This document shows, one piece after another, positions 23,861-34,705 of a DNA stretch of 64,000 nt. Below the pieces are notes generated by a model. It was not told the DNA's origin. It worked only from the letters and a program-made list of their open reading frames with translations, and did not search any database. Each line of letters begins with the position of its first letter. Position 1 is the stretch's first letter. The position numbers were made by a program, and so were the translations under genes. Source of the DNA: Peribolospora baueri (Eukaryota); assembly GCA_029717555.1 (NCBI GenBank), contig JAMDHS010000034.1, positions 62,001-126,000 of the forward strand, read 5' to 3'.

Positions 23861-25757
23861 TCACGTCGACGATAGCCGGTGGTACGCTGGACTGGCGCTC
23901 TCGTACTCGGACGCAAAAACCCGCTTCTGCTCCTTGACGAGGAACCTGGAGAGCGTGAACGAGTTTGGGGAGGGGAGGAACGATGGGGGGAAAAGAAATC
24001 AGCCGCAGCCCGTTTGGCTTGTCCGCACTCGCGATGATGCTGCCGTCGCTCACTTGAGAAATTCGGCAATGTGCTCTTTCAGGATCATGATCGCATCGGC
24101 GTCCAACGTGGTGTGGGCTAACATGCCGGGGAGGTTGACTGACGAGAGTGGATGGGTGTCATCGAAGTGGAATGGAGAGACAGGAGGATGGAAGACAAAA
24201 ATGCCAAGACAAAGCTCAAGTGAGTCGGTCTGACATGCCTACCCAAAGAATACAACAAGGGGTCGTTCCGCGGAGGCGGAGAAGGCCAATCCGACGAACA
24301 AAGGGCTTCTCCGGTATGGAACCACGACTTGACTCGACGCACCGAATAATCGCAAAAGATGCTCAGCACCATATATCTTGCTGGGCTGCATTTCCGCATC
24401 CTCTCCGGCAAACTTCTTCCTCGCGTCCACATACTGCGCCCGTTCAAATCGGTAAAGGAGGTTGGCACCAAGGGACTTGTCGAAGTAGAGTTGGAGACCT
24501 GAAAGGAACTCTGTTAGGAGGGCCGAGGACGAGGCTTTGCTGGATGGATGAAGTATCGGGCACAGCGGTTGGAGGGCAGACGAAAGTGGAATGGGATAAG
24601 AGTCAGGGTCAAGTTCGTCCTGAAGATGTGGGCTTGCTCCTTCAAGATATGTGAGCAGGCATGGTCGAAGCCGACCTCTCACCTGGACTTGGCATCACCA
24701 CCCTTCTTCTCCCTCGTGTAGTGCTCTTTGTACTGAGCCAAGACGTCCTGCACGTTCGGCGTCCGTGGAAGTGACACGAGCTGTCGTCGGCAGATAGGAC
24801 GAGACCAGGTCAAAAGAGACAAGTCAGCCGTGACAAAAAAGGGCGATCCTTGCAGCATTACCAACGCATTCAAAACGATTGATCGTCTGGCCTCCCCCAA
24901 GCGCTCACCTGACCATTTTTAGTAACGTATTCCCAGTCGTCGACGAGCTGAACCTTGAGCGGATCTGGAATCGCAATCCTGATCTCGGGGCGTTTGATGT
25001 ACTCGTCCTCCTGCGGGCGAAGAAACGGTATTGTGTGAGGTGTGCGACGCCGCAACGTCTCTCTCCACATCCCAAGCCACACTCGTCCCCACTCACCCCC
25101 TCGACGTCGCCCCTGCTCCTCTTCGTCCCTCTGCCCTCCTTCTTCCCTCTTCCGCGTCCCTCCCCACCCGCGCCCGACGGCGTGCCCTCCTCCTTAACAG
25201 CCTTGCCTTGCGAGGGCTTCTCGGCCGCCCTCTGTGCGTCGGCCAACGTCTTTTGCCGCGCTATATTCTCCTCCGTCAGCTTGAGGACACGCGTTTCGGG
25301 AACCCATTCGTCCCACCTGAGTGCGGTGCGGGGGGCGGGGCGGAGGGAATTTATACGACGCAAGGAGCGGCGCCGTGAAAGGCGTAGAAGGACAAAAAAG
25401 GAGGGGAGGGCAGATGTGACACGTAAAAGTGAGTGGACATAGCGCACGGTTGGAGATGGTCGAGCAAAGGCAAACGAACGCACGTCTGCTTCCAGCCTTG
25501 ATAGTGCACGAAGTAGTGCGGTCCATTTAGGCCTTCTTCGTTTTCCCAATGCTCGGCCTTGAGCACCTGTGGCGGAAAGAGTGGACCGGCGTGAGAGAAG
25601 GGGGACATCTGATCCATGACTGTCCGACATCTGGCCTGCCGACGCGCGGCGGCGGCAAGGCATCTCCGACCGGGCGGCTCACCTTGGCCTGGTAGATGAG
25701 CGGGCCATGCCAGCAGAGCACCTTCTCCTGAGGCTGGAAGAGCAGCTGAGGCGGCAT
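23861..25757 (-). CDS. EAF3: Chromo-barrel plus MRG domain protein Eaf3/MRG15, multi-exon
   Basis: [90 protein letters not shown]; stop at 23861-23863. Confidence 0.96.
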
Positions 25758-26012
25758 GGGCGATGAGGAGCGAGGGAGCGCGCAAGCCGTATCGGATGTG
25801 GTCCGTCTCTCTGATCGCGGTGGGCGTTAAGAGACGAAGAAGCGCGCCGCGTTTAATTTGATCGCGCGATCGATCGGCGCGGGCAAAACGACGCTCCACG
25901 CGGCGGGCGGGGACATTACGCCGTGTCTCGCCAAGGGGGTGCACGGTCACTAGCGTCGACGTTCGTAGCTCGAGTGCTGTGTCCGTGGCAGTCCAGGTCT
26001 AGTTGACAATAG

Positions 26013-26019
26013 TATATAA
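26013..26019 (+). promoter_or_regulatory. TATA box of the DJ-1/SUKH gene
   Basis: TATATAA about 75 nt upstream of ATG 26091, in the short divergent spacer shared with EAF3. Confidence 0.6.
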
Positions 26020-26090
26020 GTAGGTCTCACGAGCTGGGAGGAACGAGCGAAGTCGTCTTCTCCTCCTCCAGTCCGAACCCGGCACGCACC

Positions 26091-29000
26091 ATGGACACCG
26101 GCAGCACCAACACCATTCATTGTCTCGTCACGCCGTGAGTGAACAGTTCGTATAGAGTGAAAAATTCGTCTAGAGGCTGCCCCGGCTTCTTCATGCAGAG
26201 CGCAAGAGGCAAATATTTCTCTGCGTCTGATCCCATCGTCCCACCCTACCTAACGCTTGTCCATCCCCCTCTCGGTCCAACTCGCCGCAACTAGCGATGG
26301 CTTCGGGCCCGACCACGTCTTCATTACCGCTCTCCGATCGGTCGGCTTCCAGATCAAATGGCTCGGCTTTGACGCGGTGGAGGAGGGTGACGTGGGATCT
26401 CCTTTGAGTCCAGAGAGGGCCGCCGGGAAGGACTCTGCAGGCGTTGGAGACGAGGCCAGTGCCGTGGTACAAGAGAACAGGACGTGAGCTTCCGGGACGC
26501 TACCTCTCTGAAAGTCACGAAACCATCGACGCCTTGACATGGGCTCCATTGCGTTTCTCCGTGGATGTGGTCACCGTCAACCCAGGATCAATGTGCTCCT
26601 CCTCCCACCTTCCCTCCACCTGCTCTATCGCTCCGAAAACACCGACCTGTTAGCGCGGCTCGTGGACCGCGCTCACTTCGTTATCGCAATCGCTGAGAGC
26701 ACGTTAGCGCTGGCTAGGACGAAGAGGGTCGACGGGAAGAGAGTGGTCATAGGTCCCGTTGCGGAAACTATCGAAAAGCGTGAGTCCACAGCAGGTTGGC
26801 GGAAGGCGAGGTCCGCGCTACGTGTCCGGGCAGACATAGCTGACCGCCGTCGACGGGGAACGATGGCGCGCCTTCCGCAAGTTGAAATGGTCGCAGATGT
26901 GAAAAAGATCCCTCACTTTAAAGGAGATGAGATACAGAGAGACGGTGAGCATGTTCTGCACGGCGGCCGGCGGCACACGTTCTCAGCGCTGCTTTCCATG
27001 ATTGCGTTCCCAGGCAATCTCATAACCATCTCCGCCCTGCGGAGCGAATCTTCAACAGTCATTGGTGCGATGGCTGAGTACCTGCGGAGGGAGCTTGTGG
27101 AGGTCGGGTTGGACGCTGAAAGCGAGGAGGAGAGGGTGAGGTGGCAGAGGGACGAGAGGACGCATGTGCTTCATGCTCTCGTCTTCGAGTGAGCAGACCG
27201 ACTCTCTCCCATACGACGGCACGACGCCTTCAAGAGCTAGCTTCTTATATTTCTGATTCCCTTCCTCCTTCTGGCCACCTGCTTGTCAGCGACTGTCGGC
27301 TCCCATTGGAAAGCCTCAGCATCCTGCCCTTCCTCGGTCCTCGGTATTCGATCCGAACCGCCCTCGCGCAACGAGGGGGTCCTCAAACAAGCACCTCTTT
27401 GGAATACCGTGACACAAAGTTCGTCAACCGGCTCTTCGAAGGACAGACTCCTCAGGAATCCCGACCTGATGGAGGGTTACTCCTCGGACGTGCACCGCCG
27501 AGACGGGAGGGCTCGTCGGACGAGGAAACGCTGCGGGCAGATATGTCCATGTACGAGCTCCTTCAGGATACAGGGTGAGCAGGACTACCAAACCAACCTC
27601 TTCGATTCGCGCGGCACAGGGGTCCTGATTGCAGAACTCGACGCTCATCAGCCTTGTTTCCCTCCCTTCCCCTTGCGCAGCCTTGAGACTCTCCTGCTTC
27701 CCGGAGGACCTGGAGTGGAGGCTTTATTGAAAGAGTACGAAATGGTCGGCAGTATCGGCGAACTGGTGAGGGTCTTCGTCTCTTCCTGGCCAATGTTGCA
27801 CTCACCTCATTCCCCGCCCTACCGACGTCTCGTTTGAACCACTGCATCGTCCTACGGGCGTCTTTTCCCTTCGGCGTCCACAGATCGATAAAGCTAAATG
27901 GGTCGTCGCGGAGGACTATGGCGCCGCGTTGGTAGCTGCTACGGGGAAGCTGGACGGAAGAAGGGCGGTGACGAGTCGAGCTTGGGTCGACGTTTTGAGG
28001 CGCAGGTGTGAGTGCTGCCTTGGCTCGCGAAATGTCCTTCCGTGCCCCTCTACGTCGCGTTGCTATCGGCGTCGCTGACATGGGGCTTTGGCTACTTCGA
28101 CGTTGAAAGACCCAAACGTCTATTGGGAGTCGTCTAGAGTATTTGAGAGACGAGGCAAGATCGCTCACGATGGTAAGTCGCCCGGTCTTTGCATCGTGTT
28201 GTACAACGCCGTCCCTCCCTTCTCTCGTCGGCTCCAACCGCATCGTCTCCGTTCCTTTTCGCGGATCTCCACCGGCCGAAAAACAGGCAAATTCATCACG
28301 ACTGATCAGATCGGTCGTCTCGCTCCGGCTACCGACTGTGAGGCTGGTGAACGCGCCGCTTTCTTTATCAGTCGCCTCATAGAGGGCGCGAAGCGAACCA
28401 AGGAACCGATCGTGGAGAAGCCGGTTCCGGATCGAAACGCAAAGGGCCAAAAGGGAAAGGAGGGGAGGGAGGATGGAGAGACTTTTAAGAAACAGTGGGA
28501 GGAAGTTGCAAAGGAGATCTCTACGAACAGGGAAGAAGACGTCTCGGTGCGTGGGGGCCTCCTTTCTTTGTTGTCGCTGACAGAGTGTCTCGACCTTGTG
28601 TATGGCGGGTGCCCTTTGCCGACCTACGTAAGCTCTCCATCGCTTCTGCAGATCGAGCGGGCGACATCCTTCGCGGAAAAGGTGGCCACCAGCGGTCGTA
28701 TGCGCATCGCGAATGGTGAGTGACGGTACGGTGTCTTGGCGTCACGCAGGCTCGATATTGACACGGCTCCCTTCCGCTCGCTCCTCGGCGACGTCATGAT
28801 CCGCCGAATAGATCTGATAACGTCCATAGGCAGGCTCTGCCCCACGTACGACTACGAAGGCTTGCGGCCTGTTTTCGAGTTCCTCTGGTCGCATTGCGGA
28901 AAACGGCCTGCCGACCTGCCGCCCACTTGGCCCGTCCCGACAGCTCAGTGGTTCGATGAGGCGGAGGCGCAAGAGCGGAGGTACACGATGGGGAGCCGCG

Positions 29001-30698
29001 ATGCCGGTTATGTAGCATGGCTAAAGTCGCGACCAGAGCATCTGCTTGGGCCGGGTGGGTTCACTTTTTTTTTTACTCGTCTCCAAACGCGTGTCCTCGT
29101 GACGTGTTGAAGTTTTCCTCTTCGCCCAGAACATATCGCCGATCTGGCCAGGAACCTCCTCAGCGTTCGCTACCTGGAGAAACCCAAGTTATTGAGACGT
29201 GAGGGTGAGTTGAAAATCGAGGCCGACTCTTCGCTCGTAGGACTCCCCCGGCCATTCGTTACAAACGTCTGATTCGATTTCGAACAGAATTCTGGTTGGG
29301 CGGCGGAATGGAGGAGTGGGATGAAGGCGGTGCGCCTGTGATGCCGAGCGAGGATGAGGAGAGGGAGGCGATCGAAGTGTTCAAGCGTGAGTGTGGTGGC
29401 GATCGTCGGCTCCGAGGGAGACGCGACTCATTTTTTGTGTCTCGTCCGTTTCCCTTTTGTACCACCGCTTTCTCTCTCCAAAGGGCTCGTCGAGCGGCGA
29501 GACGAGTTCGAAGATGGCCACGTCGACATTCACCTCTTGTGCACGTGTCTCGACGTCACGGTGAAACGGAACTGGGTAGAGGAGAGGGAGTACCTCGTGA
29601 ACGTGCTCCGCTCCGAGTGTGCGCCGGCCGCGCTCTCCCACCTAAGCGACGAGGAGGACGGCGCGGTGGCGAAGTGGCAGGCCGGGCTGGCTCAGGCGCG
29701 GCATGCGAGCAGACTGCTCGTCGACGGCACTTTTGCCCCGGCCGAGGCGCCTTCGGACGACGATGTGGAGCGAGCGGGACGGGAGATCGCGTCGACGTTG
29801 CGAGTGCGACTGGAACGAGGACCGGTGCGGCGGCGCGTTGGCCTATCGTGGCCCGATCTGTTGCGCGAGCTGGACGAAGCGTATCGGTTCGCTGCCAAGG
29901 CGCGAGCGAAGGCGGAGGCGTATGGCGACGACGGCGACGGCGGGGACGTCGGCAAGCTGGACGAGCGGAGCATCCTCCGAGCGCCCGCGAGCGAAGCGGC
30001 GATCGAGGCGGCGGAGGCGAAGCTTGGAATAGAGCTGGAAGAGACGGTCAAGGAGTTTTACAGGCACTCCAACGGCCTCGACCTCTGGGAGCCTGTCCCT
30101 GACGAGGAGCCCAGCATCTTGCGAGTGGAAGATGTGGAGTGAGTTGGAATGCGAGGCGTGTGTGTGTGTGTGTGTATTCTGGGCGCGACTGGCGAGCTGG
30201 CTGACCGCGACTCGACTTGGACTTGGCAGCTGGTCCGACCACACGGCCCAGTTCGCCAAGCTGGACCTGATACCGACGGTGAATGGCGACGAGCTATCGC
30301 ACATGCCCATCCTCTCTCGGGTGCTGATGATCTCGCCGAGAGGGGATGGGGAGTTGTGGATGATCGAACCGGAATTGGTGGGAGAGGGGGAGGAAGGGAG
30401 GAGGAAGTATTGGGAGGGCGTGAAGGAGAAGGGGGAGGTGGAGGTGGCTTGGAGGCCGAAGGAGGCCAAGGGGGCGAGGTGGCTCTGTCAGAGCGACATG
30501 ACTGGAGAAGGCGGTCCGGTGAGTCTCGTCTCGTCTCGCCGGCCGTTCCCATGGCATCTTTCTTCTGGCTCGCTGGCGCCCGCGTGGACGACGCTGACCA
30601 CGCCTGCCGGTCCATGTCGCCGCCCGCAGCACTGGGAGACTTTCCGAGAGCATCTGGAGGAGAGGGTGGAACAGTACTGGAATCCGATATCGTGGTGA
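26091..30698 (+). CDS. Fusion protein: two DJ-1/PfpI-like domains lacking the catalytic Cys, a helical region and a C-terminal SMI1/KNR4 (SUKH) domain; many exons
   Basis: Spliced in frame by hand. Domain 1: INVLLLPP...FVIAIAESTLALARTKRVDGKR...DGNLIT. Domain 2: LETLLLPGGPGV...WVVAEDYGAALVAATGKLDGRRAVT...YPNVYW...DGKFITT. Then VFEFLWSHCGKRP and the SUKH signature PASEAAIEAAEAKLGIELEETVKEFYRHSNG, ending HWETFREHLEERV...W*. Confidence 0.72.
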
Positions 30699-32501
30699 GC
30701 GGTCGGCGCATGTCTGTCTGTTTCGCTTGCTCACTCGCTCGCTCTCCCGGAAGAAAGGTGGCGGGGCGCGCCCAGTGTTGGTTATTTAAGAAAGGGGGGA
30801 GGAGCGTACTGTCGATTAGATTGATATGGCCCAGGTAATTAAGGGGGTCACTAGCTCCGCTCGTCTCTTTGTTTCTTTGTTTCTTCCCTCGTTCCGGCTT
30901 GACGAAGACGTTTACGAACGCGATCATCTGGCCATGTCTTCGGATGCGGTGTGGTGTGGGTGGGGGGGGGGAAACGGGAGCAGATAGATAGGTGGGGCCG
31001 TCGTGGGGCACGGGCCACGTCTCGATCATGCGCTCGCTCGCTCGCTGTGATTTCTCCGAGAAGGCGAGGGAGGGGGAGGCAACATCAAAGAATCCTGCAA
31101 ACCAAGCATGATTATTATAAGGAGTATCTGGATCACTATTTAATTTTTTTGACATACTATGTAGTAAGTCAAGAAGGAATTAACAATATGAGGCGGTCGT
31201 GCAAGTGCAGGTTCTCGTGCACCCGTACACCGTCTCCGTCTTCCACCTCGGATTGCGCGCCTGGGCTGGGTTAGGCGGTAGTGGGACGACAGACGCGGTG
31301 CTTACCAGAAAAAAAAAGGGATGCTACCCCGGCCGCGTCTTCTTCTTTTTTTTTTCTTCTCCTTCTTCCGTTTCCTCTTCCCTTCGCCGTCGCGCGTCTT
31401 TCGAGCTGGGACGCGACGGCTGTTTGGCTGACACGGCCTGGCCGTCGCATGCATGCGACGCGGCGCCATACTGTGGGATGGTGCGTCTGCGAGGAGGCGG
31501 ATCGATTGGTGCGCGAATGGGAAGGAAGGAGGGACGTCAAGCGGCGCATGTCAGAGCGTGAGGTGACATTCACGTCAGAAGCAGAGAGAGCATGGAAGGC
31601 GAGCGAAGAAGAGGAGAAACGAGGTGGACATGAGCACAACGTCCGCCTGCGCGTCTGTCCGGTCCGTGTCTCGTATGCATGTATGTGTGTATGTGTGTAA
31701 TGTATGTATGTATGTGTGTGTGTATGTATGTTCGTCTCTGGACCGACCCGCCGCACTCGGCGTTGCCCAGCCCTGTCCAGCCTGGCCCAGCCTGGCCCGC
31801 TCGCCTTGCCCGATCGATGGGCGGCACGTCGCGATCGGTCGGCGTCGGCGTTTTCCTGCCTGTCTGTCCGCGCTTGGGCAGACGACGACGACGACGACGA
31901 CGGGAAAGTGAGACAGTCGGGAGGCGTGGATGTGGATTAGGGAGAGACGGAACGGGCGGCCGGACGGACAGACGGAGTGAGAGTGAGTGACACGTCTGCG
32001 GTGCGCCCTTGCGACCCCAAAGGCCAGGGCCAGCGTCGGATGAGGGTCGAGGGGCGCGCCCGCTCTTGGCTGCCCAGCGAGGCGAGCGCTGATTGGCTGC
32101 CGCCGACGCCGCTGCCACGATCGCCCGCTCGCCGGTCGCTCTCAAAACCGACGCTCGCGTCGTCGTCGTCGTTCTTCTTCTTCGCCTTCGCCGTCGTCGT
32201 CGTCGTCGTCCGAGCCATCCTCTCCTCTCCACACCGACGACGATCGCCACCGCCCCCTCCTCCTCCTCCGCCACCGCTTCTCCTCCTCTTTCTCCGCCTC
32301 CGCCTCCACCTCTTCCTCCTCCTTCCTCTCCTTCGCCCCCAAAAGACCGCCCAGACGCGTCCATTTCGGCGCCCAATCGACGCCGGCGCCTCGTCTCCAC
32401 CAACGGTCACCGTATCAGCCGCACCGCGCTTGATCGATCGCTCGAGGAGCGATCCACCTAACCCTTTCTTTTCTCCCTCTTCTTGCCTCCTTCGCTCCGC
32501 C

Positions 32502-34115
32502 ATGGCGCCACACGACGACGACGACCACCACCACCACCACGCCTCGGCACCCTCCCCCCAACGCCCCTCCCTCATGGGTCGCTCCGTCTCCGACCTCGCT
32601 CCCTTCCCCGGCACACGTCCCTCCACCCTCTCCCAGCCCAAGTCCGGCCGCATCGGCCACGCGAGCTCCAACTTAGGATACGGCCACTCGTACGCCGGCC
32701 TGCCCATCCCGCTCACCGCTAGGCTCTTCTTCGACTCGTCCCAATCTCTCGCCGGAAACCTGAGCCCGGGCCCCAGGCCGGCTTCGGACACGAGGCACGT
32801 CGAAGACGTCGCCGTCCACCCCTCGTCCTCGATGGACATGGTGAACGAGGAGGAGGGCGACGAGGAGGACCCGCTTCGCACGCCCACCCCTCGCGACTAC
32901 GCTCGCGACGCAGTCCTGAACCCGAACCCGAAAGGAGCGTTGCCCATGGGACGACTGCCGTCCACCCACCCGGCGACGGGCCCGGGCCCGACGCACAGGC
33001 ATGCCGAAAACGCCCACGCCCGCCAAACCCCTATCTCGCCCTCGGCCGAGGCGGGCACCGCTGGCGACTACTTCTCCTTCAGCGCTCTTCCCTTCCTTCA
33101 TCCCTCCCATCACGGAATCGCTGCCGTCCGTTCCCCCGCAGGCGGCATCGGCGTCCACTTTACCTTCACCAAAATGTCTCCCGGCCTCACCGTCCCCGCT
33201 TCCACCTCGGCCCATCCTTCCGCCGCACCCGTCGATGGGCGCCCCCCGTCGGCCAAACCGCCCCCCTCGTCCTTTCGCCCCGTCGCCCTCCGCTCCTCCT
33301 CGGCGCGCACCTCTACCGATCCCCGCTCCAGCCCGATGATGACGCGCTCCTATTCCAGTCCCGTGCCCACGCAGCGGGAGGTGGAGGAAAGGAAGAGGAG
33401 GGAGAAGGAGGCGCTCAGGGCTTGGAGGGATGAGGTGGCGAGGGCGATCAGGGAGGGCGAAAGAGCAGCGTGCGGTCCGGCCCTCGAGAGGTCTTGCTCC
33501 TCCAACAACGTCGTCGATGTCTATGAAGAAGAAGAGGAATCGAAGGAGGGCGTCGGAAGCCGGAGCGTCTCGCCGTCGCCTAGCACCAACCCCGGTCTGA
33601 CGTCGTCGTCGTCGTCCTCCCTCTCCGCCTCGTCCACCTCGCTCGATGACCTATCCTCCTCCGCCTCCCTCCCCTCGCTCCTGCCAATGCACCTGGCTGA
33701 TTCGTCCCTCGATCCCACCTGCTACGCCAGCGCACGCTTCTTCGGCGATCCGGACGGCGACGCGGACTCGGAGTCCTTCTCGGCGCCCGTGCAGGCTCCC
33801 GCGAGCCTCCCGGTCGTCGACCGCGCGCCTCAGCTCGACGTGACGATGCACTACCACCAGCTCCTGCCCCTCTCGTCGGGCATGAGCACCACCAAAAGCT
33901 TCCATCCTCCGCTTTCCCACGGCGCCGAGGTGGAACACTGGATGGCAAGGAGCGCGACCGTCGTCGGAGACGGCCGCCCTCACGACCATCCCCCGGCTCC
34001 TCATCCCGTCCAGCGGGCGGAAGAAGTGCTCGAGATGGAACACCATCACGTGTGGATCCATCCTGATCACTTGGAGCCCGTCGCCTCCGGTCCCGGTCCG
34101 GACGACGAGGATTGA
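32502..34115 (+). CDS. Hypothetical intrinsically disordered protein (~537 aa)
   Basis: ATG in good context (GCCATGG) after a pyrimidine-rich leader; intronless; His run, Ser/Pro-rich, charged helix EVEERKRREKEALRAWRDEV. No family recognised. Confidence 0.65.
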   Translation: MAPHDDDDHHHHHASAPSPQRPSLMGRSVSDLAPFPGTRPSTLSQPKSGRIGHASSNLGYGHSYAGLPIPLTARLFFDSSQSLAGNLSPGPRPASDTRHVEDVAVHPSSSMDMVNEEEGDEEDPLRTPTPRDYARDAVLNPNPKGALPMGRLPSTHPATGPGPTHRHAENAHARQTPISPSAEAGTAGDYFSFSALPFLHPSHHGIAAVRSPAGGIGVHFTFTKMSPGLTVPASTSAHPSAAPVDGRPPSAKPPPSSFRPVALRSSSARTSTDPRSSPMMTRSYSSPVPTQREVEERKRREKEALRAWRDEVARAIREGERAACGPALERSCSSNNVVDVYEEEEESKEGVGSRSVSPSPSTNPGLTSSSSSSLSASSTSLDDLSSSASLPSLLPMHLADSSLDPTCYASARFFGDPDGDADSESFSAPVQAPASLPVVDRAPQLDVTMHYHQLLPLSSGMSTTKSFHPPLSHGAEVEHWMARSATVVGDGRPHDHPPAPHPVQRAEEVLEMEHHHVWIHPDHLEPVASGPGPDDED

Positions 34116-34675
34116 TCGCTTGCCATGTCTTCGCTTTCTCGCAACTCGCATCATCGTCCCGTGTCTATCCGTCTATGCATCTTCGCCATCCATCCTGCTC
34201 CACCCCGGTCGGCCCGACGTTTACGCATGTCGTTCCGCACGGATATCTGGACCGACTTCAAGAAAGTACTCGTATATTTTTTTTTTTTTTTTTTTTTACT
34301 TTTTTCAACACCCCTTATCCGCTCACGTGCGCCCATACACGTCTGCTTGCTCTTGGACTCGCACCCCGAAGCCGCGGTCACAATGAGACCTCTTCCTATA
34401 CATGTATACGTTCTAGCCCGCCTTCGCCGGCTGTCCTCGTGTTTCTTTTAGCCCTGTATCCGTATCCGTTTCTGTTTACTTTCATTCTCTCCCCCATCCC
34501 TCCTTCCGTCCTTCACTATCGCATTCCCCAACCCTCCCAACGTCGAGGGACCGTTCACACTGGTGTCGACGCCCGGCCTCCCACACGGCCATCTCCGTTG
34601 CAAGCAAGCGTTCATGACCGATGTTCTGTGCCTCGCTTCCCCCGTGCCGCTTCTTTTCCGGCCGCTTCGCGCTGG

Positions 34676-34705
34676 CTTGGCTTGGCTTGGCTTGGCTTGG
34701 CTTGG
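34676..34705. repeat. (CTTGG)6 microsatellite
   Basis: Perfect pentamer array. Confidence 0.95.

Noticed and set aside
26295..26780. Possible TIR-like domain at the N-terminus of the fusion gene
   Set aside because: After correct splicing the motifs (VLLLP, LAR...DGKR, DGNLIT) fit DJ-1/PfpI much better.
28716..28749. Apparent 34-nt mini-intron or frameshift splitting the DJ-1/SUKH gene
   Set aside because: That acceptor is out of phase; acceptors at 28811 or 28829 keep the frame with normal intron length.
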